Shown here: positions 50,194 to 59,265 of the stretch, piece after piece
How positions within the stretch are numbered: position 1 is the stretch's first letter
Layout of the letters: each line of letters opens with the position of its first letter
Assembly (NCBI GenBank): GCA_963816145.1
Contig: CAWFJP010000003.1
Span: 320,001-384,000 of the forward strand
Direction: 5' to 3'
Length of the DNA: 64,000 bases
From: an uncultured delta proteobacterium
GTDB taxonomy: Bacteria > Desulfobacterota > Binatia > UBA9968
Program-made: the position numbers and the translations under genes
Notes under the pieces: generated by a model
What the model was told of the DNA's origin: nothing
Database searches by the model: none
What the model saw: only the letters and a program-made list of their open reading frames with translations

Positions 50194-50655
50194 ATGAAGC
50201 TCGCCATCGCCGCCACGATTAACGGCCAGCGCGAAGAGTTAGCCGTCACCCCGCATCAAACGCTTTTGGAATTCCTGCGTGACGACCTGAAGCTCAAAGG
50301 CGCCGTCGAAGGTTGCAGCGTCGGCGTCTGTGGTTCCTGCACGGTGCTAATCGACGGCAAGCCGGTCAGTTCTTGCCTGACCCTCGCCGGCAACATCGAA
50401 GGCAAATCAGTCACGACCATCGAGGGGCTGTCGCAAAATGGCGAACTCGACCCGGTGCAGCGAGCGTTCTTGAAACACCAAGCCTTCCAATGCGGCTTCT
50501 GCACCACCGGCATGATCCTGGCAGTCAAGGGTTTGCTGAACGCGCACCCGCATCCGAGCGAAGCGCAGGCCCGCGATTATCTTTCCGGCAATTTATGCCG
50601 TTGCGGGACCTATAAAGAAGTATTGGCGGCGGTCAAGGAGCTGAGCGGCGAGTGA
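50194..50655 (+). CDS. Molybdenum hydroxylase 2Fe-2S subunit (CoxS-like)
   Basis: GCSVGVCGSC..C, QCGFC, NLCRC. Confidence 0.93.
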   Translation: MKLAIAATINGQREELAVTPHQTLLEFLRDDLKLKGAVEGCSVGVCGSCTVLIDGKPVSSCLTLAGNIEGKSVTTIEGLSQNGELDPVQRAFLKHQAFQCGFCTTGMILAVKGLLNAHPHPSEAQARDYLSGNLCRCGTYKEVLAAVKELSGE

Positions 50656-50714
50656 GCCGATAGGCATTACCAGTCATGTTGAGAATATCGGCCAGCGGTT
50701 AGAGCGGGGGCAAT

Positions 50715-51599
50715 TTGAAACGCTTGCTGATATTTTCTCTGTTCATAGTCGCGCTTTTGTCGTGGAAACAAATTATCCACGCCGCCGAGCCCGCTGCGGC
50801 AACTCCCGTTCGGATGAAATGGCTGGGCACCGCGGGCTGGGAGATTCAGGTCGGCTCGACGACAATCCTGATCGATCCGTTTATTACCAGACATGAAGCC
50901 GCTCCCACTGTGGAATGGAAAACCGACGAAGCGGAAGTTCTGCGCGTCCTTAACAAGGCCGATTTCATTTTTGCCGGTCACAGCCATGCCGACCATATCG
51001 CCGATATTGCCTTCATCGCCAAACGCTTCGGCGCGAAAGTTATCGGTTCGAGAACCACAACCAACATCGCCATCACCGCCGGCGTCGACAAGGCGCAAGT
51101 CACGACCATCGCCGGCGGCGAAAAACTCGAATTCAAAGACTTCACAGTCCAGGTCGTCGAAAGCAATCACGGCACGCTCACGCGCGGTGGCCGGCGCCGC
51201 CAGCCGCGGTCGGCTGAAATCTTGAAACCCTGGAATGGGCCGATTACCGGAAAGTCGTTTGTCGAAGGCGGCAGTTATCTCTATTATTTCACCTTCGGCA
51301 ACCGACGCGTCTTACACCAAAGCACCGGCAGTTTTATCGAAGCAAACTTGAAAGGGTTGCAGCCCGACGTCGCGATTCTCGCGGAAAACCGCAACTATCA
51401 ATGGTCCGAGGCGATCAAGATCCTGCAACCGAAGACGGTTATCATTCACCATTACGACCAGTGGCGCAGCGCCTTAGCCCTGGGAATTCCAGATGCCAAT
51501 CTCCGCAGGGCGCAGCGTTTTGAGCGAGATATCAAGTCCATCAACCCACAGATCAAAGTGATCATCCCGGAGCACCTGCAACAGATCACTCTTGAGTAA
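50715..51599 (+). CDS. Exported MBL-fold metallo-hydrolase
   Basis: WLGTAG, LIDPF, HSHADH, HHYD; signal peptide. Confidence 0.85.
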   Translation: MKRLLIFSLFIVALLSWKQIIHAAEPAAATPVRMKWLGTAGWEIQVGSTTILIDPFITRHEAAPTVEWKTDEAEVLRVLNKADFIFAGHSHADHIADIAFIAKRFGAKVIGSRTTTNIAITAGVDKAQVTTIAGGEKLEFKDFTVQVVESNHGTLTRGGRRRQPRSAEILKPWNGPITGKSFVEGGSYLYYFTFGNRRVLHQSTGSFIEANLKGLQPDVAILAENRNYQWSEAIKILQPKTVIIHHYDQWRSALALGIPDANLRRAQRFERDIKSINPQIKVIIPEHLQQITLE

Positions 51600-51624
51600 C
51601 AGCAATCAGGACCGCCCATCAGAC

Positions 51625-52422
51625 ATGTCTGACGACACCCTTTGTTACTGGAAACACGACATCGAACCGAACGACGCCTTCCCCTGCTACGACGGCAAGA
51701 GCAGGGTGTGCAGCAGTTGCTGCGTCGAGCGTTGCCCCAAGGAAACTCCGATGTGGTTCGCCGCCTGCGCCCGCGCCGGCCATCCGACGTGGCCGAGCGT
51801 CGACCGCGGCCGGCGCGTGCCGTCGAAGCTGGTGGTTTTGGAATCCTACTGGGACAGCCGCTTGTTTCAGACCATGACGGTCAAGGGCTTCTTCGAATCC
51901 ATGGGACCGCTGCTCGATCCGCCGCTCCAGCTCGCCCACCGCTTCGTCGAGTCGCAGCGTGGATTGGCCCATTACACCGCGGCTCCCGACGGCCTGCTCT
52001 GGCGTGATGCCGGCGCCGCCGACGCGCCGATCTGCTACCTCGCCTTTCACGGCGCGCCGAGCCAAGTGATTTCAGTATTGGATTCCATCGGCGAGCAGGA
52101 GCTGTGCGACGCTTTCAAAGGCTTCGGCGTCAAACCAAGCCTTGTCTATTTCGCCGCCTGCAGCGTTCTGCGCGATCAAAAGGGCAAGCAGTTCGCCAGA
52201 AAGTTTCTCGAGGCGTCCGGCTGCCGCGCGGTGCTTGGCTACACCACCGATGTCAATTGGATGCTCAGCCTGGTCACCGACATGCTTTTTCTGCACCGCT
52301 TCTACCGCGACGAGGACCCATGGAGAAACTTGCGCAAAATCTACGAATCGGTGCTGAACGATTTCAAACCTACCGGCGAGATCGGCTGGACGCTGATCGA
52401 GAACAAGCTCAAATCCGGCTGA
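51625..52422 (+). CDS. DUF6642-like caspase/CHAT-fold protein with N-terminal Cys-rich domain
   Basis: LESYW, YLAFHG, YFAACS, GYTTDVNW; N-terminal C-x13-C-x7-CxxCCxxxC-x10-C-x4-H. Confidence 0.6.
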   Translation: MSDDTLCYWKHDIEPNDAFPCYDGKSRVCSSCCVERCPKETPMWFAACARAGHPTWPSVDRGRRVPSKLVVLESYWDSRLFQTMTVKGFFESMGPLLDPPLQLAHRFVESQRGLAHYTAAPDGLLWRDAGAADAPICYLAFHGAPSQVISVLDSIGEQELCDAFKGFGVKPSLVYFAACSVLRDQKGKQFARKFLEASGCRAVLGYTTDVNWMLSLVTDMLFLHRFYRDEDPWRNLRKIYESVLNDFKPTGEIGWTLIENKLKSG

Positions 52423-52469
52423 TACAGCGCCGCGCGGGTCAGCTTTATGAAGTGGTTCAGTTAGACCGG

Positions 52470-52536
52470 GATCTCTCACTTCGTTCGAGATGACAAATCG
52501 ACGATATTGCTGCCATTTCGAGCGTAGCGAGAAATC
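52470..52536. repeat. Inverted pair GATCTCTCACTTCGTTCGAGATGAC / GCCATTTCGAGCGTAGCGAGAAATC
   Basis: REP-like palindromic doublet. Confidence 0.75.
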
Positions 52537-52688
52537 GTTCTTGGCTCGAAGACTTGTTTCCGACGCCAACTGAAACCCGACCCAGCTTTAAGAAGCCCCG
52601 ATAACTTGCTAGAAATAGTCATAAGTCGCAGTTTTTAGAACTGCAACCTTCTACTACACAAAATCACGATCGCAAGGACTGAATCACC

Positions 52689-53792
52689 ATGCTGAGAGCT
52701 GGAATCGTCGGTCTGCCCAACGTCGGCAAGTCGACTCTATTTAACGCCATCACCCGCACCCGCAAGGCCGAGGCGGCGAACTATCCCTTTTGCACCATCG
52801 ACCCCAACGTCGGCATGGTTACCGTCCCTGATGCGCGGCTCCAAGTCTTGCAGCAGATGGTCAAGACCAACGTGGTCATTCCGGCGGTGATTGAGTTCGT
52901 CGATATCGCCGGTCTGGTCAAGGGCGCGAGCCAAGGTGAGGGACTGGGCAATAAGTTTCTCACCCATATCCGCGAAGTCGATGCCATCGTTCAGGTGGTG
53001 CGCTGTTTCGAAGACCCCGATGTGCACCATGTCTCCGGCAGTATCGATCCGGTGCGCGACATCGAGGTCATCAACACCGAGCTCATGCTCGCTGATCTTG
53101 AAACGGTGAAAAAACGCCGCGAGCGCATCGCCAAAGAGATCAAACGCGGCGACAAGAGCGCCGCCGCCGAAGACGCGCTCTTGATGAAAATCGAAACCGC
53201 CCTCGACGCCGGCAAACCCGCCCTCACCGTCGACTTCACGCCCGAAGAACACGCGCTGTCCGCCCAGTTTTTCCTGCTCTCCGACAAACGCACCATCTTT
53301 GCCTGCAACGTCAAGGAGTCCGACCTCGCCACCGCCGATCAAAATCCCTACGTCCTAAAAGTGCGCGAGTATGTCAAGACCCATCTGGCTTGCGAAGCGG
53401 TCGTCATCAGCGCCCAGATCGAGAGCGATCTCGTCGATCTCGAACCAGCCGAAGCCGAAACGTTTCTCAAAGAGCTTGGCGTGCAAGAGAGCGGCATCGG
53501 CGCGCTGATCCGCGCAACCTATCATCTGCTCGGCTTGCGAACCTTTCTCACCGCCGGCGAAAAAGAAGTGCGCGCGTGGACCATTCATGCCGGCGACACC
53601 GCTCCCAAAGCCGCCGGCGTCATCCACTCCGACTTTGAACGCGGCTTCATCAAAGCCGAGACCGTCGCCTACGACGATCTGGTCAAATGCGGCTCCGTCG
53701 CCGCCGCCCGCGCCAAGGGGCTCTACCGCATGGAAGGCAAAGAATACGTCGTCGCCGATGGCGACGTGATGCTGTTCAAGTTCAACGTCTAG
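52689..53792 (+). CDS. ychF: Redox-regulated ribosome-binding ATPase YchF
   Basis: [55 protein letters not shown]. Confidence 0.97.
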   Translation: MLRAGIVGLPNVGKSTLFNAITRTRKAEAANYPFCTIDPNVGMVTVPDARLQVLQQMVKTNVVIPAVIEFVDIAGLVKGASQGEGLGNKFLTHIREVDAIVQVVRCFEDPDVHHVSGSIDPVRDIEVINTELMLADLETVKKRRERIAKEIKRGDKSAAAEDALLMKIETALDAGKPALTVDFTPEEHALSAQFFLLSDKRTIFACNVKESDLATADQNPYVLKVREYVKTHLACEAVVISAQIESDLVDLEPAEAETFLKELGVQESGIGALIRATYHLLGLRTFLTAGEKEVRAWTIHAGDTAPKAAGVIHSDFERGFIKAETVAYDDLVKCGSVAAARAKGLYRMEGKEYVVADGDVMLFKFNV

Positions 53793-53819
53793 TTGAGTTA
53801 GCAGATTCGGAAATTTCAT

Positions 53820-53897
53820 CGCAGAGGCGCAGAGGACACGGAGTAGCACGTTTCATTGGGAACATTTCTGAACTCTGCGTTCTCAGCGTCTCTGCGT
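53820..53897. repeat. Inverted CGCAGAG / CTCTGCG short-period arrays
   Basis: CGCAGAGGCGCAGAGGACACGGAG ... CTCTGCGTTCTCAGCGTCTCTGCG. Confidence 0.8.
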
Positions 53898-54013
53898 TGG
53901 CAACCTTTTCTAGCCGGAAAGTTAATCTTCACGCCATTCTCGCCCTTCGCTCTAGCTGTAGGTTATAGTATTCTCGATCGAACGTCGGACCCCGCCTAAC
54001 GAGGAGGACCAGC

Positions 54014-55729
54014 ATGTCGAGTGATTTTCAAATAACCGGAACTAACACGGCCGCCCTGTTTACCCTCAAGATCCACCGCGGCGACGGTATGGCACTGCTG
54101 GCAATGAACTGGAAAAAAGGCCAGCCGCCCAGAGATTTTGTCGGCTTCGCCATCGAATATAAAGAACCCGGCGGCAGTAAGTTCTTCGCCTTAAAGAATC
54201 GCTTGAGCTTTGCCAAGGCCAGCGGCGCGGTCGATCCGAACATCCTGTCGACCTTGCGATCACCGATCCAGAAATTTCGCTGGGTCCATTTTCCCCGCAA
54301 TGCCGAGCTCGACGGCGATTTTACCTACCGTGTCGCGCCGGTGTTCATGAATGACCATGACGAGCTCAGTTCTGGTGATACGCAAGAAGTTGCCATCGAA
54401 CTGAGGCGCGACACTTACCCCGGCAAACTCAACGTCGCGTTCACGCGCGGTTTCGTCTCGTCGCAGGCGTTTGTCGATCGATACGAATCCGTCGCGCCAA
54501 TCTCGACCTTGATCCCTGACGATGCCGATAAAGGTTTATCGTTTATCCCGACGCACCCCAAGGCAAACGAAGCGTTGGCGTGGATGGGCTTTGAGGCGCG
54601 CCACGCTATCCTTGAAGTGCTTGACCAAGCGATCGCCGATAAAAAAGCCCAGGTCAGAGCGATCGCTTACGATCTCAGCGAGCCCGACGTCGTCTCACGC
54701 CTTGAGCAGCTCGGATCCCGGCTAAAGATCCTCATCGACGACAGCGGCGACCATGGCGACGCCGGGTCGGGCGAAACCCAATCGGCGCAGCGCCTGTCGG
54801 CCTCAGCCGGACCGGCCAACGTGAAGCGCCAACATATGGGCCAACTGCAACACAACAAGACCATCGTGGTCGACGGGCCAAAGTTGAAAACCGCCGTCTG
54901 CGGCTCGACCAATTACACATGGCGCGGCTTCTTCGTTCAAGCCAACAACGCGGTCATCCTGCGCGGTAGGAATGCCATTAAACCCTTCCTTTCGGCATTC
55001 GACGATTATTGGAATAATCAAACCGCCGGCAAATTTGGTAACACTATTTCCGCGGCGTGGACGAGTCTTGGTTTAGATGGCATCAGTGCGAAGGCTACGT
55101 TCTCGCCGCACTCCGCGGCAAACGCTATCCTGCAATCGATTGCCGACGACATCGGCACCAAAACAAACTCGTGCTTGTTCTACTCCCTGGCCTTCCTGTA
55201 CCAGACACCCGGAGTCATGTTGGATGCGATAAAGAAAGTCTCCGACGATAACAAGTTGTTTGTCTATGGCATTTCCGACAGAAAAGTCGGCGGCATCGAC
55301 TTGCAAAAGCCCGACGGCAATGTGTCGCCGGTTTTTCCTTCGGCGCTGGGGAAAAAACTCCCTGAGCCTTTCAAATCCGAGCCCGTCGGCGGCAGCGGCA
55401 ACCGCATGCATCACAAGTTTTTGGTCGTCGATTTCAACAAACCGACCGCCCGCGTCTATCTGGGCTCGTACAATTTCTCCGCCACGGCGGACACCAAGAA
55501 CGGCGAGAACCTCCTGCTCGTTCGCAACCGCCGGATCGCGGTCTCCTACATGATCGAAGCCTTGCGCCTGGTCGATCACTATCACTTTCGGGTAGCACAG
55601 CAGGAAGCCAAGACCGCCAAAACCAAGCTGCAGCTTGCCAAACCACCGCGCCTGCCGGGAGAAGCGCCCTGGTGGTCCGAGTATTATTCAAATGCGATAA
55701 AGATTCGTGACCGGGTTCTATTTGCGTAG
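54014..55729 (+). CDS. Phospholipase D superfamily protein, two HKD motifs
   Basis: HNKTIVVD..GSTN and HHKFLVVD..GSYN; no signal peptide. Confidence 0.88.
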   Translation: MSSDFQITGTNTAALFTLKIHRGDGMALLAMNWKKGQPPRDFVGFAIEYKEPGGSKFFALKNRLSFAKASGAVDPNILSTLRSPIQKFRWVHFPRNAELDGDFTYRVAPVFMNDHDELSSGDTQEVAIELRRDTYPGKLNVAFTRGFVSSQAFVDRYESVAPISTLIPDDADKGLSFIPTHPKANEALAWMGFEARHAILEVLDQAIADKKAQVRAIAYDLSEPDVVSRLEQLGSRLKILIDDSGDHGDAGSGETQSAQRLSASAGPANVKRQHMGQLQHNKTIVVDGPKLKTAVCGSTNYTWRGFFVQANNAVILRGRNAIKPFLSAFDDYWNNQTAGKFGNTISAAWTSLGLDGISAKATFSPHSAANAILQSIADDIGTKTNSCLFYSLAFLYQTPGVMLDAIKKVSDDNKLFVYGISDRKVGGIDLQKPDGNVSPVFPSALGKKLPEPFKSEPVGGSGNRMHHKFLVVDFNKPTARVYLGSYNFSATADTKNGENLLLVRNRRIAVSYMIEALRLVDHYHFRVAQQEAKTAKTKLQLAKPPRLPGEAPWWSEYYSNAIKIRDRVLFA

Positions 55730-55790
55730 AGCTGCTGCGAAAGAGCCTGTCAAAGTACTTCGAGACCTCCGCCTGATGTCCGGCTTCCCG

Positions 55791-55803
55791 AATATAAAAG
55801 CAA
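55791..55803 (+). promoter_or_regulatory. Ada box (AAT-N6-GCAA)
   Basis: AAT-ATAAAA-GCAA about 70-80 nt upstream of ada; matches the E. coli A-box/B-box layout. Confidence 0.65.
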
Positions 55804-55870
55804 GAAGCGGAGTGCAACGCACCCGAGTGGTTGTTAATTTGGCGTCATAATTACTGAGAGAGGAACGCCA

Positions 55871-56950
55871 ATGAATCCAACTACTGACGATACACGTCAT
55901 AGAGCCGTCACAAAGATTGACCCACGCTGGTCGCTTCTGGCTACTCGCGATCCGGCGGCCGACGGACAATTCTTTTACTCCGTGAAATCCACCGGCGTTT
56001 ATTGCCGCCCTTCTTGCGCCGCACGGCTGCCGCGACCGGAGAACGTCCAGTTCCATGCGACTTGTGCCGATGCCGAGCAAGCCGGATTTCGTCCATGCAA
56101 GCGCTGCAAGCCGAGACAGTCATCCGTAAGCGCACAGCATGCGACAAAGATCGCTGCAGTGTGCCGGCTCATCGAAACCTCCGAGGAGCTGCCTAGTCTC
56201 GCAGAGATGGCAAAACACGCCGGACTAAGTGCCTATCACTTCCATCGCCTTTTTAAGTCGACCACGGGTGTAACACCGAAAGCCTATGGCGCGGCGAAAC
56301 GCGCAGCACGGGTTCGCGAAGAACTGAAGCGCAGCGGTTCCGTGACCGAAGCGATCTATAGCGCCGGCTACAACTCCAACGGTAGATTCTACGAAGACGC
56401 GGATCGGGTTTTGGGTATGACACCGACAAATTTTCGCGCTGGCGGCGCTGACACTAAAATTTGTTTCGCCGTCGGCGAGTGCTCGCTTGGAGCGGTCCTG
56501 GTTGCGGCGAGCGATCGCGGCGTGTGTGCGATTTTTTTGGCTGACGAACCAGAGACGCTCGTCCGCGAGCTGCAAGACCTCTTTCCGCGCGCCCAGCTAA
56601 TCGGCGGCGATGCCGAGTTTGAGGCGTCGGTTGCTAAATTAATCGGTTACGTTGACAACCCGGCGCGCGGCCTCGATCTGCCGCTCGACGTCCGTGGCAC
56701 CGCATTTCAACTGCGGGTTTGGCAAGCGCTACGGGAAATACCTGCAGGGTCGACGGCAAGCTACACGGAAGTAGCCAAGCGAATCGGTGCTCCCAAGTCC
56801 GCCCGGGCCGTGGCCCGCGCCTGCGCCGCTAACGTTCTGGCGATCGCCATCCCTTGTCACCGCGTGGTTCGCACCGACGGCAGCTGTTCCGGTTACCGTT
56901 GGGGTATCGAGCGCAAGCGGGCACTGCTCAAGAAAGAGTCTCAGGCGTAA
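55871..56950 (+). CDS. ada: Bifunctional Ada regulator / O6-methylguanine-DNA methyltransferase
   Basis: YCRPSC and RPCKRC Zn site, AraC HTH, IPCHRV. Confidence 0.96.
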   Translation: MNPTTDDTRHRAVTKIDPRWSLLATRDPAADGQFFYSVKSTGVYCRPSCAARLPRPENVQFHATCADAEQAGFRPCKRCKPRQSSVSAQHATKIAAVCRLIETSEELPSLAEMAKHAGLSAYHFHRLFKSTTGVTPKAYGAAKRAARVREELKRSGSVTEAIYSAGYNSNGRFYEDADRVLGMTPTNFRAGGADTKICFAVGECSLGAVLVAASDRGVCAIFLADEPETLVRELQDLFPRAQLIGGDAEFEASVAKLIGYVDNPARGLDLPLDVRGTAFQLRVWQALREIPAGSTASYTEVAKRIGAPKSARAVARACAANVLAIAIPCHRVVRTDGSCSGYRWGIERKRALLKKESQA

Positions 56951-56976
56951 GGAATGCTCTCACAAGACAGCATTGG

Positions 56977-58110
56977 CTATTTCGCCTCTTTCACCTTCAC
57001 AATCTGCTTGAGCAGATCGAACATCGGCGTCATGTCGGCGTACTTGGGATCGGAAACGTCGAAATATTTCCGCCCCGGCGTCATGCGCATCGACGATGCG
57101 AGCATGTCCTTGGGAATATCGAGGCGCCGTGAGTTCGGGGCATCTTCGCCGTAGAGATCCGGATATTTTTGCAAGGCGAGCTGCCCGCGCCGGGAAAGAA
57201 ACCAATTCACGAACACTTTGGCAGCATTGGGGTTTGGCGCGCCCTTGATAAAACTTATCGAGCCGCCGCCGGAGGTGACATTGAAGCCTTCTTTCCACTC
57301 GACTTGGTCCAGTTCATCGACCGGCAAGCCCTGCTGCTTGGCTCGGTTGGTATCGCGGCAACCGACGCATAGCGCGAACCGTCCTTGCGCCAACCAGTCG
57401 GTGATTTGTCTTCGATCGCGGCCGAAAGTGGGCTGCATTTCGCCGAATAATTTTTTGAGAAACTCAGGACCGAGCTCGGGCTGATAGTAGTAATGTTGCA
57501 GCGATGCGCCCAATCCGGTGCCCAACGGGTCTTGAGAGACGATCTTGCCTTTCCACTTGGGCGCGACCAAATCCCAGTAGGATTTGAACTCCTTGGGGTT
57601 TACCAGATTAGTGTTGTAATAAAATCCCGATGAGGTCGGATTGGCAATATAGACCAACACGTGGCGCTGCTCAGCGTCGGTAAAACGTATTCGCCCCTCG
57701 TACCACTTGCTCTCGTCGAGCACTTCCGGCAGGACCAGAAGCGACTTGATCGAGTCGAGAGCCTTTCCTTCGTAGAGGACTTCGTAGTTGGTATTTGCGC
57801 CGCCGCTGAACAGATCGGCAACCACGTGTCCGGCACGGATTTCGGTAATGATCCGGGTTCCCAGTGAATTGCCCGCGCCATTGACGGTAACGAGCTTGAT
57901 CTCGGGGAACTCTTTGCGGAATTCGTTGAGCAGCGGTTCGCTGCCGTAGCGGCCGACATAAAAATTCAGCCTGCCCTCTTTTTTGGCCGCGGCCACGGTC
58001 TGCTCCCAATTCGCCTGCCAGGCCGGCTTGGCATCGGCGGCGTTGCCTACCGACCTTGAACCAAGAACAATGAGGGCTAAGAGAGCAATTCGAATATGGG
58101 TCATGGTCAT
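56977..58110 (-). CDS. ABC solute-binding protein
   Basis: WEQTVAAAKKEG, YNTNLV, APNPNAAKVFVNWFLSR.GQ. Confidence 0.87.
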   Translation of the reverse strand: MTMTHIRIALLALIVLGSRSVGNAADAKPAWQANWEQTVAAAKKEGRLNFYVGRYGSEPLLNEFRKEFPEIKLVTVNGAGNSLGTRIITEIRAGHVVADLFSGGANTNYEVLYEGKALDSIKSLLVLPEVLDESKWYEGRIRFTDAEQRHVLVYIANPTSSGFYYNTNLVNPKEFKSYWDLVAPKWKGKIVSQDPLGTGLGASLQHYYYQPELGPEFLKKLFGEMQPTFGRDRRQITDWLAQGRFALCVGCRDTNRAKQQGLPVDELDQVEWKEGFNVTSGGGSISFIKGAPNPNAAKVFVNWFLSRRGQLALQKYPDLYGEDAPNSRRLDIPKDMLASSMRMTPGRKYFDVSDPKYADMTPMFDLLKQIVKVKEAK

Positions 58111-59252
58111 TTTCCTTCACGCCCCTTCATAAATTCCTTAACCAATTGAAAAATTGGCGTCATGTCGGAATGCTTGGCATCGGAGAAGTCGAAGTAACGA
58201 CGTCCTTCGACCAGCCGGCTGGGTGTCGGTAGCATATCTTTGGGAATGTCGATGCGCCGCGAATTGGGCGGGTCTTCGCCGTAAAGATCTTCGTACCTCT
58301 GCAGCGCGATTTGGCCGCGCCGCGAAAGGAACCAATTGATGAAGACCTTGGCAGCGTTTGGATGCGGCCCGCCCTTGATCAGACCCAGAGAACCGCCGCC
58401 GGAGGAAATATGCGCGCCTTCCTTCCAATCGACCATATCCAGATCGTCCACCGGTAATCCCTGTTTGTTGGCCTTTTCGGAATCGCGACAACCCAGGCAC
58501 AGAGAAAACTTCCCTTGGGCGAGCCAGTCGGTCATCTGCCGGCGGTCTTTCGAATAGACCACTTGCTGCTCGACGAACAGTTTGCGAAGAAATTCCGGAC
58601 CGAGATCGGGATTGTAGTAGAAAAACTGCAGCGACGGTCCGATACCGGTGCCGGTGGGCTCTTGCGAGACGAATTTGCCTTTCCACTTGGGCTGGACCAG
58701 GTCCCAGTAGGATTTGAATTCGTTGGGATTGACCAGGTTGGTATTGAAATAGAGACTCGCCGAGGTCGGATTGGCGATGTAGATGAAAACATATTGCTGT
58801 TCGGGGTCGTTGTAGCGATGCTAGCCGCCATACCACTTGGACTCGTCAAGCGCTTCAGGCAGGACCAAGGCTGACTTGATCGAATCAAGCACCTTGCCTT
58901 TGTAGAGAAACTCGAAGTTGGTCACCGCCCCGCCGCTGTAAAGATCCGCCACCATACTGCCCGAGCGCGCCTCCGCGACGATGCGCGTGCCCAGCGAATT
59001 GCCGGCGCCGTTGGTTGTAATCAGTTTGATCTCGGGAAACTCCTTGCGAAATTCGTTGAGCAACTTCTCGCTGCCATAGCGACCGACATAAAAATTCAGC
59101 CTGCCTTCTTTTTTGGCCGCGGCCACGGTTTTATCCCATTGCGCTTGCCAGTTAGAGCGGTTATCCGCCGCATTGAGGGACAGCGCTGAACTGAGCCATG
59201 ATAGGATTACCAACAGGATCACGAAGCCTAACCGCATATTGAACCGCGCCAT
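58107..59252 (-). pseudogene. SBP paralog interrupted by a single in-frame TAG at 58821-58823
   Basis: SKWYGG*HRYNDPEQQYVFIYIANPTS continues in the same frame and aligns with the neighbour's SKWYEGRIRFTDAEQRHVLVYIANPTS. Confidence 0.85.
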
Positions 59253-59265
59253 TCGCTTGCCCGCC

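Noticed and set aside
47047-50655. Aerobic CO dehydrogenase (coxMSL)
   Set aside because: Lacks AYRCSFR (form I) and AYRGAGR (form II); the loop is PYRGVG and gene order is M-L-S.
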